DNA of 64,000 nt, from NCBI GenBank assembly GCA_002269645.1, contig NIVC01000927.1, positions 124,001 through 188,000 on the forward strand, read 5' to 3'. Source of the stretch: Macrostomum lignano. Its lineage: Eukaryota. How positions within the stretch are numbered: position 1 is the stretch's first letter; the number at the start of each line of letters is the position of its first letter. Of this stretch, positions 1 to 12,371 are shown piece after piece. The translations under genes were made by a program, and so were the position numbers. A model generated the notes under the pieces. The model made no database searches and was not told the DNA's origin. It saw only the letters and a program-made list of their open reading frames with translations.

Positions 1-408
1 CCGACTTAATGTTTCCTGGTGCTTCATATGCAACATCCAAGTTTCTGTTCATGTATTGAAATGCAGTACTCCACTGCAGTTAAGGAGGCATAACTTAAGT
101 TCGTGATATTTAAAAAAAATATTTCACTGTATTATTTGAGCTTTGGTATCAAAGCCTCCTTTAAAGCTATGGCGTAACCCTAGCTCTCCCTTTGTTGCTT
201 GACCCTTTGAATTTCAGCAACCGCCCTATGAGCCGCGGCATTTCAGCGATCTAATTTTGGGATTCCGTATAGACTTTTCCGATGCATTTTAAACGATATT
301 TCAGACTACACTACTATAATCAGTAATAATCTGAGCTAACTTATCAAAAGATTAGCGGAAAAAGTTGACTGTAAACAGTGACCGCTTTCTTTCAATTTTA
401 TATTGCAG

Positions 409-3400
409 AAGGAGCACGTACTGTCATCCAGCCAGCTGGTGGAGGCTCTGACTAGCGTTCGCTTTATCATCTATATGGTGAGTTCACTTTGGGTTAATTG
501 TAAATAAACCTCACCTTGCTTTTGTGATATGCTCAGTAACTCTCAGATTCTTCATCTCTGCAGTTAACCTCCCACTCCCAGATTCTCAGTCACTCGCCAC
601 CCTCCCAGATCCTCAATTCCTCATATAATGTCATAATTGGAGAGTACTGCAATAAGTTAACATAGAGATTCGTTTCGTTTCGACTTTTTCGATTTTTCAG
701 TCGCTGGAGCTTCTCACGCTGACAGTTCTATTCTTTCTACTCTACGTTGCTAAGAAAGACAATGTGCTCATCCTACTGCTCATCACCAGCATTGTCGGTG
801 CGTTGTTACTTTTTTCTTCCACATGAAGAGTCATTATAGAAGCGTCCCAGAGTCGCAGACAATAAAACGCATCAAAGTGACTCTCAGGTGACTCTTTGAC
901 GACTTCTTGGCGACCTGTACCGTTGACATGTCGTCGATTTAGAGTCGTCTGGAGTCACTTCTTTCCTATTTTACCTGTGTTACCTCAAGAAGCTCTGAAA
1001 CCAATCTGTGGTGACGCAAGTGACTCAGGGGACGCTTCTTGGCCTAGGTACTGTTTTCATTGGGGTTAAGTATAGAGCAGAACCTGAAGTTAAAGAAAGT
1101 CAATAACTAAATTCATTAATCAACTCCTTGTGGTATACAATATATTTCAAAACAGCAATATCTTGAATCAGGTCACAAACTCGACAACATTAAACACTAA
1201 TGTTTCTCTACGAAAACATTGTATAGCAAATTTATGTAATTTATCTGCAATTTATAGCAGAGGTTTTAGCCTAGTGGTTAGAGCGTCGCACTCACGACTT
1301 GAAGGTCGGGGGTTCGATACCCGATCCCACTGGAACAATTTGTGTCCTTGAGCAAGACACTTAACTCTGCACTGCTTCAGTTCACCCAGCTGTAAAATGG
1401 GTACCAGGATTAGCTGGGATAATTGAGGATGTGCATGGCGACCCCCCCAGTCCTTGGACTGAACAGCCGTACGCAGCCTTCAGATGCGCCGCGCAATAGC
1501 TGCGGCTGAGCTGTCGGTTGCAAATCTGCACATTAGAGCAAGTGTAATCAATTATTAATTTATTATTATTTGCACTTTATGCAACTCAGTTATATACCGT
1601 ATTTCGGACGCATTTCAGCTTCCTTCACAGTGATCTGCGCCAAGGCCGTGTCCGGTCTGTTGAATCTTAGCCTCGCCGGCCTGCCGCAATTCGGACATCC
1701 TGTACTCTATATCATGACTGCCGTACTTGTGGCCACTGCCGTGCTGCAGGTTTAGTGAGTTTTTTTGAGTAGACATCTAGCACTGTTTTTTTAGCTATTC
1801 TGGCATATTGTAACATGGAATCTGATAGTGACAATTAGATAATTATGTGCTGTTTTTATACTGTTTTAACTGGCAGCTTTGAATGCTGTTGATTTCCACC
1901 CTCCCAGATCCTCAGTTGTTGGGCCAGCCTCCCAGACCCTGCTGGGATACCCTCCCAGAGTGTCAGTTGCTGGGCCAGTCTCCCAGACCCTGCTGGGATA
2001 CCTTCCCAGAGTGTCAGTTGCTGGGCCAGTCTCCCAGACCCTGCTGGGATACCTTCCCAGAGTGTCATTTGCTGGGCCAGTCTCCCAGACCCTGCTGGGA
2101 TACCTTCCTAGAGTGTCAGTTGTTGGGCCAGTCTCCCAGACCCTGCTGGGATACCTTTCCAGAGTGTCAGTTGCTGGGCCAGTCTCCCAGACCCTGCTGG
2201 AATACCCGCCTAGTGTGTCAGTTGCTGGGCCAGTCTCCCAGAGTGTCAGTTGTTGGGCCAGTCTCCCAGACCCTGCTGGGATACCCGCCTAGTGTGTCAG
2301 TTGCTGGGCCAGTCTCCCAGACCCTGCTGGGATACCCGCCTAGTGTGTCAGTTGCTGGGCCAGTCTCCCAGAGTGTCAGTTGCTGGGCCAGTCTCCCAGA
2401 GTGTCAGTTGCTGGGCCAGTCTCCCAGACCCTGCTGGGATACCTTCCCAGAGTGTCAGTTGCTGGGCCAGTCTCCCAGAGTGTCAGTTGTTGGGCCAGTC
2501 TCCCAGACCCTGCTGGGATACCCGCCTAGTGTGTCAGTTGCTGGGCCAGTCTCCCAGACCCTGCTGGGATACCCGCCTAGTGTGTCAGTTGCTGGGCCAG
2601 TCTCCCAGACCCTGCTGGGATACCCGCCTAGTGTGTCAGTTGCTGGGCCAGTCTCCCAGAGTGTCAGTTGCTGGGCCAGTCTCCCAGACCCTGCTGGGAT
2701 ACCTTCCCAGAGTGTCAGTTGCTGGGCCAGTCTCCCAGACCCTGCTGGGATACCCTCCTAGTGTGTCAGTTGCTGGGCCAGCCTCCCAGGTTCCCAGTTC
2801 TCTAAGCCAACTGCTCACCATTGCAGCTACTTAAACATGGCCATGAAGGGCAGCGACAGCACGGTTGTTGTACCAACCAATTTTGTGTTCTTCACAATCA
2901 GCGCCATCTTGTCAGGTAGGTTTGGCACGCAGTGCTTGTACCTTTAAAATTGTAGGAGTATTTTTGGTACATTAAAAGTGCTCACCATTTATTTTAAGGC
3001 ATAGTTTTCTTCAACGAATTCTGGGGTCTACACGGTCTGAGCATCTTCATGTTCCTGCTTGGGTAAGCTATGGCCTGGTAGTAGAATTCACTGTTTGCTC
3101 GGTAGAACACCCAGAAACTTCTATTCGTCTCTTTTTCTTTCTCAAATTGCTTGCAGCTGTCTTCTGTCCTTTGTTGGCGTCTATTTCATCACTTTGAATC
3201 GGGGGAGCCGGTCAAACGATGCGGCCGCCGAGGTCCTGGACGACACTGTGCCGATTAAGAGTTCCGCGCCGCTTGGCGGGGGCGAAATACGTCAAGTTCA
3301 ATTCGACGTTTTCCCCAGTAAGTTGTTAGACAAGTTTGGGCCAAGCACTACTCAAGAAACTACTTAAGGACGGGACACTACGTTTCTTAGAAAATGTTTA

Positions 3401-4047
3401 TGAAGCTGGTTTTCGCCGAAAAATACACTACGGAGATAGGAAGTTTTCATTTTTCAGCACAAAAATTGTTATTGCTTTCGATAGCAGCCATACCCAATGT
3501 TCATGTTTTGATCTATTGTGCCTTTCTTAAAGCATTTTTGATATTCATATTAAAGCTGTTCGCTTAGAAAATTAGGATTCTATATTAATTTTGTATTCTA
3601 CGTACAATTGTATACATGTCCTGTGCCTAAAAACCATTAAAATCTAATTTCTAAACGAAAAGCTCCATAAATACAAATAGAGCTATAAGAAAGGCACAAC
3701 ATATCAAAAGATGAATATTGAGTCTGTTTTAAGTACCTTTATCCATAGTGTTTTTTTTCGGTAAAAACACAGCCTCATAAACAGCAGCCCTAATTCTCAT
3801 ATTGGTCCTAGGTTCGAATCCTATCCTCTACTATTTGTACTTTTATTGAGTCTAATCACCGCTCAACATCTTCACATTCTCAGCCTGGCTATTCGCGTCA
3901 GTGCATCGGGCCGAAGTTCAGCCGAGGCGCTCGCATCCGCAGTGGACCGGGCCGCCGTGTGCCGAAGGCGACGACAATGATCGGCAGCGGCAGCAGCAAC
4001 CGGCTGGCGCCAATGAGGAGGACAAGCAGCAGCTGCTGCCTGATTGA
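409..4047 (+). CDS. NIPA-like magnesium transporter (NIPAL2/3-like, DMT superfamily), 5' part outside the window
   Basis: Hand-spliced exons 409-477, 701-797, 1619-1754, 2827-2915, 2999-3062, 3157-3317, 3884-4047; all GT-AG and phase-consistent, total 780 nt. Translation includes [54 protein letters not shown] and [17 protein letters not shown], which resemble NIPAL2 C-terminal helices (recognised from memory, not searched). Confidence 0.88.
838..1039. mobile_element. ~200 bp MITE-like element in NIPAL intron
   Basis: Imperfect terminal inverted repeats AGAAGCGTCCCAGAGTC (838) and GACTCAGGGGACGCTTCT (ends 1039). No clear target-site duplication. Confidence 0.5.
1258..1570 (+). mobile_element. 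tRNA-derived SINE, copy A
   Basis: Pol III A box TAGCCTAGTGGTTAGAG and B box GGTTCGATACC; central GTGTCCTTGAGCAAGACACTT...CACCCAGCTGTAAAATGGGTACC domain of CORE/V/Meta-SINE type; (ATT)n tail; homologous copies at 15326, 24050 and 28790. Confidence 0.88.
1905..2790. repeat. Minisatellite with 51-bp and 28-bp units in NIPAL intron 3
   Basis: Unit CTCCCAGACCCTGCTGGGATACCTTCCCAGAGTGTCAGTTGCTGGGCCAGT mixed with its 28-bp subunit. Source of the artefactual ORFs at 1879-2834. Confidence 0.95.
3342..3785. mobile_element. Long-TIR MITE, right end truncated (same family as 11758-12121)
   Basis: Shares ACTACTCAAG...AGGACGGGACACT.CGTTTCTTAGAAAATGTTTATGAAGCTG and the internal CTAAACGAAAAGCT...GCTATAAGAAAGGCA segment with the 11.8 kb copy. 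Confidence 0.75.
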
Positions 4048-5371
4048 GCACTCAACTTCTGATGGTGTTTGCTTTTATAGACTTGAGAATCCATGGGTAT
4101 TCTGAGATGGTGACTTTACGATTGAGATCTATATGAAGGTTATAAAATGTTTAGCGATCGCCATAGTAAGAGCCGGATCATATCGAACACATATTATTAT
4201 ATTATTATTATAGGTAATCGTTGTGCAATTCTATATTACGTTTAAAATGTCAATATTAAGCTCCAATTCTGTTGTATCTTCCCTTCAGCCTGGGCAGCTT
4301 ATTACTGTGTCAGCTGTAATCTCCCTATTGTCTTCAGGCAAAACATTACAAATAATTATTTTCCCATATAAAGATCAATAATGATTGTTAGACTTGACTA
4401 TTAACCTGCATGACTTAATCTGTTAAGTGCAATATTTCCCTGTTCTGCGTCATTCGATATTATTTACTATATTATATTGTTACTAATGTCTAGCATTTTG
4501 TGTTTTCTGGCTTATTTGCTATTTATTATACACTCATTTTTATACTACTTTTAGTAGGCTATACGCAGTAATTAGGCCTCATTTCTGTTGCGGTTTGTAA
4601 CGAACTTTTTTGCGTGTTTCTTTCTAAGTCACCTTTTTAACTGCCCTTAGAAGTTTCTGTTGCCTATTTATCTATTTCTTGAGCTCTTATGCTAGACCTT
4701 CCCCTGTGTTTTCAAAGCATTAAGTAGCATAGCTTTACTACGATTTTTTGACAAACATTTTTTAGCAAATAAAAATTAACACATATAGTTCATGTTTTCT
4801 TCTAAAATAAATTATCCTCAAGCTGTTATGCTAAATCGAGTTTTTCAAGTCTATTTTTTACGTTAGAATTTAAGTTCCAGTTCACCCTGCCATGATAGTG
4901 TAAAGAGTTTATTATTAAAGAGAAAATGCAGGAATTCCTTTCAGTAGCAAAGAAGAATACATAGACTATTTTACTAAAATAAGGGCTGTTGAAATGACCG
5001 ATAAGTTTAGAAGCCCAAGCTTGCAGGCGTAAACAACTTGCTAATTGGTTCAGCAATAATGTACATTAGCCAGTCCACTGAAATGTACATGGCCGCTTTC
5101 GGCTGGAATTCCGAGATAGTCATTAAAAGTTGGGGCGGGGCGGGGGGTAGTGTGGAATGGTGCGTTGGAGGGTTTATGCTGGGGGGGAGGGGGTAACAGC
5201 CGATAAATGAGCTTTGACTTTAAAATACATTTAAATGCTTCTGTTTAGCTTACTTACTTACTACTGAACTGAAAGTAGCTTACACGCAAATGTGCTAAGT
5301 GGCCCATCTAGTTATTCTACTAGTATCTATGGCCTACTGTTAGTAGCGTAATTTTAATAAAATCTTAAACA

Positions 5372-8300
5372 ATGTCTCCCTCCTACCCGCTGCAGCACTG
5401 CGGCCAGCGAATTCTCGTGACAGGCCTCCGCAGCGGCGGTCGGCCACCCCAGCCGGCGCTGATTCTGCTACGAAATCTGTCTCGACGTCGGCTAACTTCG
5501 CCGAAGTCCACTTATTCGTCAAGCAGCAGTTCCTCAGCGTCAACTAGCAGCGCTGGCAGGCGGCTGATCCGCGGCGGAGTCACCTGCGCCGGGCTCGGAC
5601 TGGCGACCTTCGCTGTTGGCCGGGTGTCCCTGTACGAGCGGCTCAAGGGTGAGGGGCGGAATGTCTTCACTGTCCTATGCATTACTGACACTGTCCTATG
5701 CATTACTGACACTGTCCTGTGCATTACTGACACTGTCCTATGCATTACTGACACTGTTCTATGCATTACTGACACTGTCCTATGCATTACTGACACTGTC
5801 CTATGCATTACTGACACTGTCCTATGCATTACTGACACTGTCCTATGCATTACTGACACTGTCCTGTGCATTACTGACACTGTCCTATGCATTACTGACA
5901 CTGTCCTATGCATTACTGACACTGTCCTATGCATTACTGACACTGTCCTATGCATTACTGACACTGTCCTATGCATTACTGACACTGTCCTGTGCATTAC
6001 TGACACTGTCCTATGCATTACTGACACTGTTCTATGCATTACTGACACTGTCCTATGCATTACTGACACTGTTCTATGCATTACTGACACTGTCCTATGC
6101 ATTACTGACACTGTCCTATGCATTACTGACACTGTTCTATGCATTACTGACACTGTCCTATGCATTACTGACACTGTTCTATGCATTACTGACACTGTCC
6201 TATGCATTACTGACACTGTCCTATGCATTACTGACACTGTCCTATGCATTACTGACACTGTCCTATGCATTACTGACACTGTCCTATGCATTACTGACAC
6301 TGTTCTATGCATTACTGACACTGTCCTATGCATTACTGACACTGTCCTATGCATTACTGACACTGTCCTATGCATTACTGACACTGTCCTATGCATTACT
6401 GACACTGTCCTATGCATTACTGACACTGTCCTATGCATTACTGACACTGTCCTATGCGTTACTGACACTGTCCTATGCATTACTGACACTGTCCTGTGCA
6501 TTACTGACACTGTCCTATGCATTACTGACACTGTTCCAATCGATAATTTCAGGAACGGCAGGCGGTCTGATTGGTGACGGCGGCCTGGACGTCCGGCGCT
6601 GGTTGCCAAGCGATTGGCGCCACTATCCCATGCACGCCTACGCACTGATTGGAGTCAATGCAATTGTTTTCCTGCTGTGGCAGCTGCCAGCCGCTCGGCC
6701 TGTGCTGAACCGCTGGGCAATGCTGTGGCCTAGCCGGCTTGGCCCCCTGTCGCTCATTGGATCCATGTTCAGTCACCAGCACTGGCTGCACCTGCTGGTT
6801 AACATGCTTGTACTGCACAGTTTTGCACCGGCTCTGACAGCTCAGTTGGGATCTCCCGAAGAGTTCCTCTGTCTGTACGCCTGCTCGGGTGAGGCTTCTG
6901 CTGAAGTTTTTATCTATATATTATCTTCTTGTTTCAGCATAATTATTAAACTTTGCACTGACTTTACAATCACTTTAAAGCAAAGCCTCCCTTCAGGTTC
7001 TTCTAACTCTTTCATGGCCTACCATCAACTCCCAATTGTTTCTTAGCATCTTAGCAATTCCCCCATGAGCCTGGACATCTCAGCAATCCCCCATGAGTCT
7101 GGACATCTCAGCAATCCCCCATGAGCCTGGACATCTCAGCGATTCCCCCCATGAGCCTGGACATCTCAGCAATCCCCCATGAGCCTGGACATCTCAGCGA
7201 TTCCCCCCATGAGCCTGGACATCTCAGCAAACCCCCATGAGCCTGGACATCTCAGCAATCCCCCATGAGCCTGGACATCTCAACAATTCCCCCATGAGCC
7301 TAGACATCTCAGCAATTCCCCCATGAGCCTTGACATCTCAGCAATTCCCCCATGAGCCTGGACATCTCAGCAATTCCCCCATGAGCCTGGACATCTCAGC
7401 AAACCCCCATGAGCCTGGACATCTCAGCAATCCCCCATGAGCCTGGACATCTCAACAATTCCCCCATGAGCCTTGACATCTCAGCAATTCCCCCATGAGC
7501 CTGGACATCTCAGCAATTCCCCCATGAGCCTGGACATCTCAGCAATTCCCCCCATGAGCCTGGACATCTCAGCAATTCTCCCATGAGCCTGGACATCTCA
7601 GCAATTCCCCCCATGAGCCTGGACATCTCAGCAATTCCCCCCATGAGCCTGGACATCTCAGCAATTCCCCCATGAGCCTGGACATCTCAGCAATTCCCCC
7701 AATGAGCCTGGACATCTCAGCAATTCCCCCAATGAGCCTGGACATCTCAGCAATTCCCCCAATGAGCCTGGACATCTCAGCAATTCCCCCCATGAGCCTG
7801 GACATCTCAGCAATTCCCCCATGAGCCTGGACATCTCAGCAATTCCCCCAATGAGCCTGGACATCTCAGCAATTCCCCCAATGAGCCTGGACATCTCAGC
7901 AATTCCCCCAATGAGCCTGGACATCTCAGCAATTCCCCCAATGAGCCTGGACATCTCAGCAATTCCCCCAATGAGCCTGGACATCTCAGCAATTCCCCCA
8001 ATGAGCCTGGACATCTCAGCAATTCCGTCTCCAAGATATTTATTTATAAAATATCAATAAGCAGCTCAGTGGTAAACGCGGAACTCTCGCGCCACGACCC
8101 CTGGTTCGATTCGGTGCGTGACCACATCAATTTGCCGTGAGGGTGTCATGATGTTGTGTTGTTTTGTGTACAGTATTGGCGAGCTTGAATGTGCTCAGCA
8201 GTCAGTGGAATAGGCAGAATTGCCTCAGCTCTATGGTGCTAGGGTGTCCACAGCACTCCTGCAAATATGTATCACGAATGTATGAATGTCTGCATGATAT

Positions 8301-8987
8301 AACAGATGAGGAGGACGTCTGACAAAGCAGATACTACTCGTAGTAGGCTTGTGATGAAGGCGCCTCAATTTAAAAGTTGATATTTAAATGTCGGTATGTA
8401 TGGAACCTTGGTTGCACTCGTAGTAGTTGCCATAAGAATCTAGAAGCCTCGCCCGTTGGAAACGATACCGTGACAAGAATCGCTGAACAGTCGTTGAAAA
8501 AAACAACTCTACTTGTTAGTAGGCGATATCAAATTTATTAGTACTATACTCGTACTGTACTTAACCATTGAAGTCAATTGCCATCAATTATAATCGATGC
8601 ACATCCGCAGGCCTGTGCGCCGGCTTCATGCACGCCGCCCTAATCCCGTCGCTGCCCTGCATCGGCGCTAGCGGCTGCCTACTCGGCATCTTTGCTTACA
8701 CCGCCATCACTAATCCCGACGCTAAAGTTGGCCTGGTGCTCATCAGCAGCCTGTTCCCCGATCTGCAATTCACCGCCTACAATGCATTCCTAGCTATGGT
8801 GGCCTTTGATGTTGCCGGCCTGTGTCGCCTGTTCAACCTGGGCTTGTCGCACGCCGCTCATCTTGGCGGCTCGGCATTCGGAACCGCCTATGCTAACGGG
8901 CTGCGGCCCTGGCTGTGGCTGCACTGGGGTGATTTGGCGCTGGGCTGCTGGCTGAGACTGAAGCGGGCCGTCTCTGGGGGGAGGTGA
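5372..8987 (+). CDS. PARL: Mitochondrial rhomboid protease, PARL-like
   Basis: Exons 5372-5648, 6553-6888, 8611-8987 (990 nt, 329 aa). Arg/Ser-rich presequence-like N-terminus; SMFSHQHWLHLLVNM motif; catalytic GASG serine motif; HAAHLGG histidine motif. Confidence 0.9.
5670..6535. repeat. 21-bp minisatellite (~41 copies) filling PARL intron 1
   Basis: Unit GACACTGTCCTATGCATTACT, highly homogeneous. Confidence 0.98.
7040..8025. repeat. ~30-bp minisatellite in PARL intron 2
   Basis: Unit CCATGAGCCTGGACATCTCAGCAATTCCCC with variable C-run length. Confidence 0.97.
8061..8124 (+). pseudogene. tRNA-like fragment (SINE head or tRNA pseudogene)
   Basis: CAGCTCAGTGGTAAA (A box) and GGTTCGATTCG (B box) with tRNA-like spacing; no intact acceptor stem. 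Confidence 0.4.
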
Positions 8988-8989
8988 AT

Positions 8990-9322
8990 TGCTGGATATT
9001 GCTAGTCTATCCGCTGCTGGATTGCTAGTCTATCCGCTGCTGGATTGCTAGTCTATCCGCTGCTGGATTGCTAGTCTATCCGCTGCTGGATTGCTAGTCT
9101 ATCCGCTGCTGGATTGCTAGTTTATCCGCTGCTGGATTGCTAGTCTATCCGCTGCTGGATTGCTAGTTTATCCGCTGCTGGATTGCTAGTCTATCCGCTG
9201 CTGGATTGCTAGTCTATCCGCTGCTGGATTGCTAGTCTATCCGCTGCTGGATTGCTAGTCTATCCGCTGCTGGATTGCTAGTCTATCCGCTGCTGGATTG
9301 CTAGTTTATCCGCTGCTGGATT
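8990..9322. repeat. 23-bp minisatellite starting right after the PARL stop codon
   Basis: Unit GCTGCTGGATTGCTAGTCTATCC, about 14 copies. Confidence 0.97.
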
Positions 9323-9424
9323 GCGTTTTGTGTAGCTTTCTAATAGACATTCTCTTAGACTTGATGATGCTTGAGATTTGCCAGGGTTTGTGGCTTGGGC
9401 TTGGCTGGCCGCTACCCTTTCACA

Positions 9425-9530
9425 GTCGGTCCTCAGTTGCCGGGCCAGCCTCCCAGATCCTCAGTTGCCGGGCCAGCCTCCCAGATCCTCAGTTGTCGGT
9501 TCATCGCCGCCCTCCCGGATCCTCAGGCTG
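9425..9530 (+). repeat. Short cluster of the dispersed 28-bp repeat family
   Basis: GGGCCAGCCTCCCAGATCCTCAGTTGC units; related copies at ~570-620, 1900, 21017 (-) and 63575 (-). Confidence 0.85.
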
Positions 9531-10123
9531 CGAAATTTAACCTTAGATTAGTATGTAGTTCTCAACTGGGTACACGTCAAGGTCAAAGGAAGCTTTTAAA
9601 CGCGAAGCTTAACTGAGCAATGCAGTCCGGTACAGCAAAGCGTATTCCAGATCTAGCCAGAGACTGAAATTTTTTCTCCTGCTGCATTTCCTGCATCCCC
9701 ACTCCGTTTTGCCCTAAGCTATTTGTCTGCGAGTACTAATTGATTAATTACCTAGACAATAGAGTAGACCTATCTGTGTATCCTGCTTACCGTTCTAATT
9801 GTTCGATCTGAACTTACCCTAGCGAAGTAATTGCTTACACTGTCTTGTGCTCTTGTTTACTCACTTTGTATTTGTTGGTCCAACTTTGTCATAAACTAAT
9901 CTGATTATGAAGTATGTTATCAATTTCTCCGAATGTGTCAATGCTTTTCCTTCCTTTTAACTTTTTTACAACACTGTATAAAGTTGTTACTTAATATGCT
10001 ACTGATTCAACTCAGTAGTATGTACAAAGATTTAATTTCTCTATCGATTTTCTCCACTTTCAGCGTCACGTGACGGGCAGTTAGTAAGCAAAACTGAAGC
10101 CTCCGCCACCCCTACGCGGCCAG

Positions 10124-11489
10124 ATGGAAGAAGTGCACGAAGGCATGCGCTACCGGCCCTACAAATCCGAGCTTGACCTGCCGGACATTGTCGGACAGAT
10201 AACTAGCGAATTGTCCGAGCCCTACTCTGTGTACACTTATCGATATTTCATACACAATTGGCCGGAGCTCTGCTACCTGGCCTACGATGCCGACACTGGC
10301 CGCTGCGCCGGGGTCATTGTGGGAAAACTGGACCAGCACAGGATGGGGCATCTGCGCGGATACATTGCCATGCTGGCTGTGGAGCCCGCGTTCAGGCGGT
10401 GAGGCTTCACACTGACTTTTGTGCGCAATATTTAGCTTGTAGCTGTGCCCGTCACGCCAGGGAGTGGCGCCGATCGCGCCAAATAATGACGTTAGTCACA
10501 CCAGATAGAAATGTTGGACACACCTAATAGAGATGTTGTCATACCTAATAGAGATGTAGGTCACATCTAATAGAAATGTAGGTCACACCTAATAGAGATT
10601 TAGGTCACATCTAATAGAGATGTTGGTCACACCTAATAGTGACTTTAGTCATACCCAATAGAAATTTCGGTGACGTAATAGAGATCCCAGTCACTTCTAA
10701 AAGATATTTTCACACCCAATAGAGATGTCGGTCACACCCAATAGAAATGTCGGTCACACCAAATAGAGATGTCGGTCACAAGAAATAGAGATGTCGTTCA
10801 CACGAAATAAAGATGTCAGTCACACCAAATAGAGATGTCGGTCACACCAAATAGAGCTGTCGGTCACACGAAATAGAGATGTCGTTCATAAGAAATAAAG
10901 ATGTCAGTTACACCAAATAAGAGACATGTAATCGAGACTTGAATCACACGAAATTAAGATGTCGATCACACTAAATGGAGATGTCTGTCACATCAAATGC
11001 AGATGTCTCACCAAAAAGAATGTCGGTCACACGAAGTAGATATGACGATCACACAAAATAGATGTCGGTCACACCAGATAGAGAAGTTAGTCACACGAAA
11101 TAGTGGTGTCGATCACAACAAAAAGAGATTTCAGCCACACCAAATGGCGATATCTGTCACACCAGATAGAGATTTCGGTCACACAAAATAGATATGTCGG
11201 TCACCAGATAGAAGTGTCGGTCACGCGGCCTCCACTAGATGTGTGAACTGTCTGCATACTGTCACTGGCCGCCATTCACCGCAGGCGCCGCATCGGCAGT
11301 CACCTGGTCCGCCTGGCCCTTGCCAGCCTGCAGCAGCAGGGCTGCACAGAGGTGGTGCTGGAAACCGAAGTGACAAACGGAGCGGCTCTCAACCTGTACG
11401 AGAGGCTGGGCTTCATCAGGGATAAGCGCCTAATTCGCTATTATCTCAACGGTGTTGACGCCTTTCGCCTGAAGCTTTGGCTTGCTTAG
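10124..11489 (+). CDS. NAA30: N-alpha-acetyltransferase 30 (NatC catalytic subunit, MAK3)
   Basis: Exons 10124-10398 and 11285-11489 (159 aa). Motifs LSEPYSVYTYRYFIHNWP, RGYIAMLAV, EVVLETEVTN and LYERLGFIRDKRLIRYYLNGVDAFRLKL are characteristic of NAA30/Mak3. Confidence 0.96.
10495..11230. repeat. Degenerate 22-bp minisatellite in the NAA30 intron
   Basis: Consensus GTCGGTCACACCAAATAGAGAT with many substitutions (older array). Confidence 0.9.
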
Positions 11490-11757
11490 TTCAATGCACT
11501 CATTATTATCTGTAGTCGTTTCAGTAATTTGATTTTCCAACACCTGAAGTGCTTTTATTCTGTTTTGTAGCTCTTTATGTAACAAATTTCTATATCAAAT
11601 ATACTTAATCGCTTTATGAATTCTCTAGCTGCGTTTTGTAACTGATGTTTGTCTTGATTAATAATCCCTATTTGTTGAATATTGCAGCCTTGTTATTTCT
11701 CTTTTGTTGAAATAACTAATTTAATAAAGTTTCACATTTTAGTTGCTATGTTATTCT

Positions 11758-12121
11758 CAAGGACTACTCAAGTAGAAGGACGGGACACTGCGTTTCTTAG
11801 AAAATGTTTATGAAGCTGTTTTTCGCCGAAATACACTACGGAGATAGGAAGTTTTCATTTTTCATCTACGTAGATTTCCTGTACCTAAAAATCGTAAAAA
11901 TGCATGGAAAATACGAGTAGAATCCTGATTTTCTAAACGAAAAGCTTTATGAATATCAACAGGGCTATAAGAAAGGCAACTGTCCTATCCTATCGAAAGC
12001 AATAACAATTTTTGTGCTGAAAAAATGATAACTTATCTCCGTAGTGTACTCTTCGGTGAAAACCAGCCTCATAACCATGTTCTAAGAAACGGAGTGTCCC
12101 GTCCTACTTAAGTAGTCCTTG
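11758..12121. mobile_element. 364-bp MITE with ~100-bp terminal inverted repeats
   Basis: Left CAAGGACTACTCAAGTAGAAGGACGGGACACT...; right ...AGTGTCCCGTCCTACTTAAGTAGTCCTTG. Inverted similarity extends about 100 bp inward; no ORF. Confidence 0.85.
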
Positions 12122-12371
12122 GTTCTGTTACTAAATGAAAACAATTCCACGCCAGAAAAATATGGGGAAACAAGCGTAAATTTTAGCTTTTCCTATCCGG
12201 ATGCCTACTTATAGTAGCAGCAACAACAAGTGAAAATAAAATTTAGAAAACCGAGAAGAAAAAGACTTCTGATTCTAATTGAGTGAATTTTTATATTTTT
12301 ATAATGAATCGGTTAGTTGATCTTGTCATTCAAACTACACAGAATATGTTACATAACGCATAGGTCACGCA

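Noticed and set aside
1258-1330. SINE heads as functional tRNA genes (also 15326, 24160, 28790)
   Set aside because: No complete cloverleaf or acceptor stem; each continues into a shared SINE body.
5372-7046. 401, 476 and 377-aa ORFs with TVLCITD / LLTLSYA / VSVMHRT repeats
   Set aside because: Translations of the 21-bp intronic array; consensus GT/AG sites remove it and restore the PARL frame.
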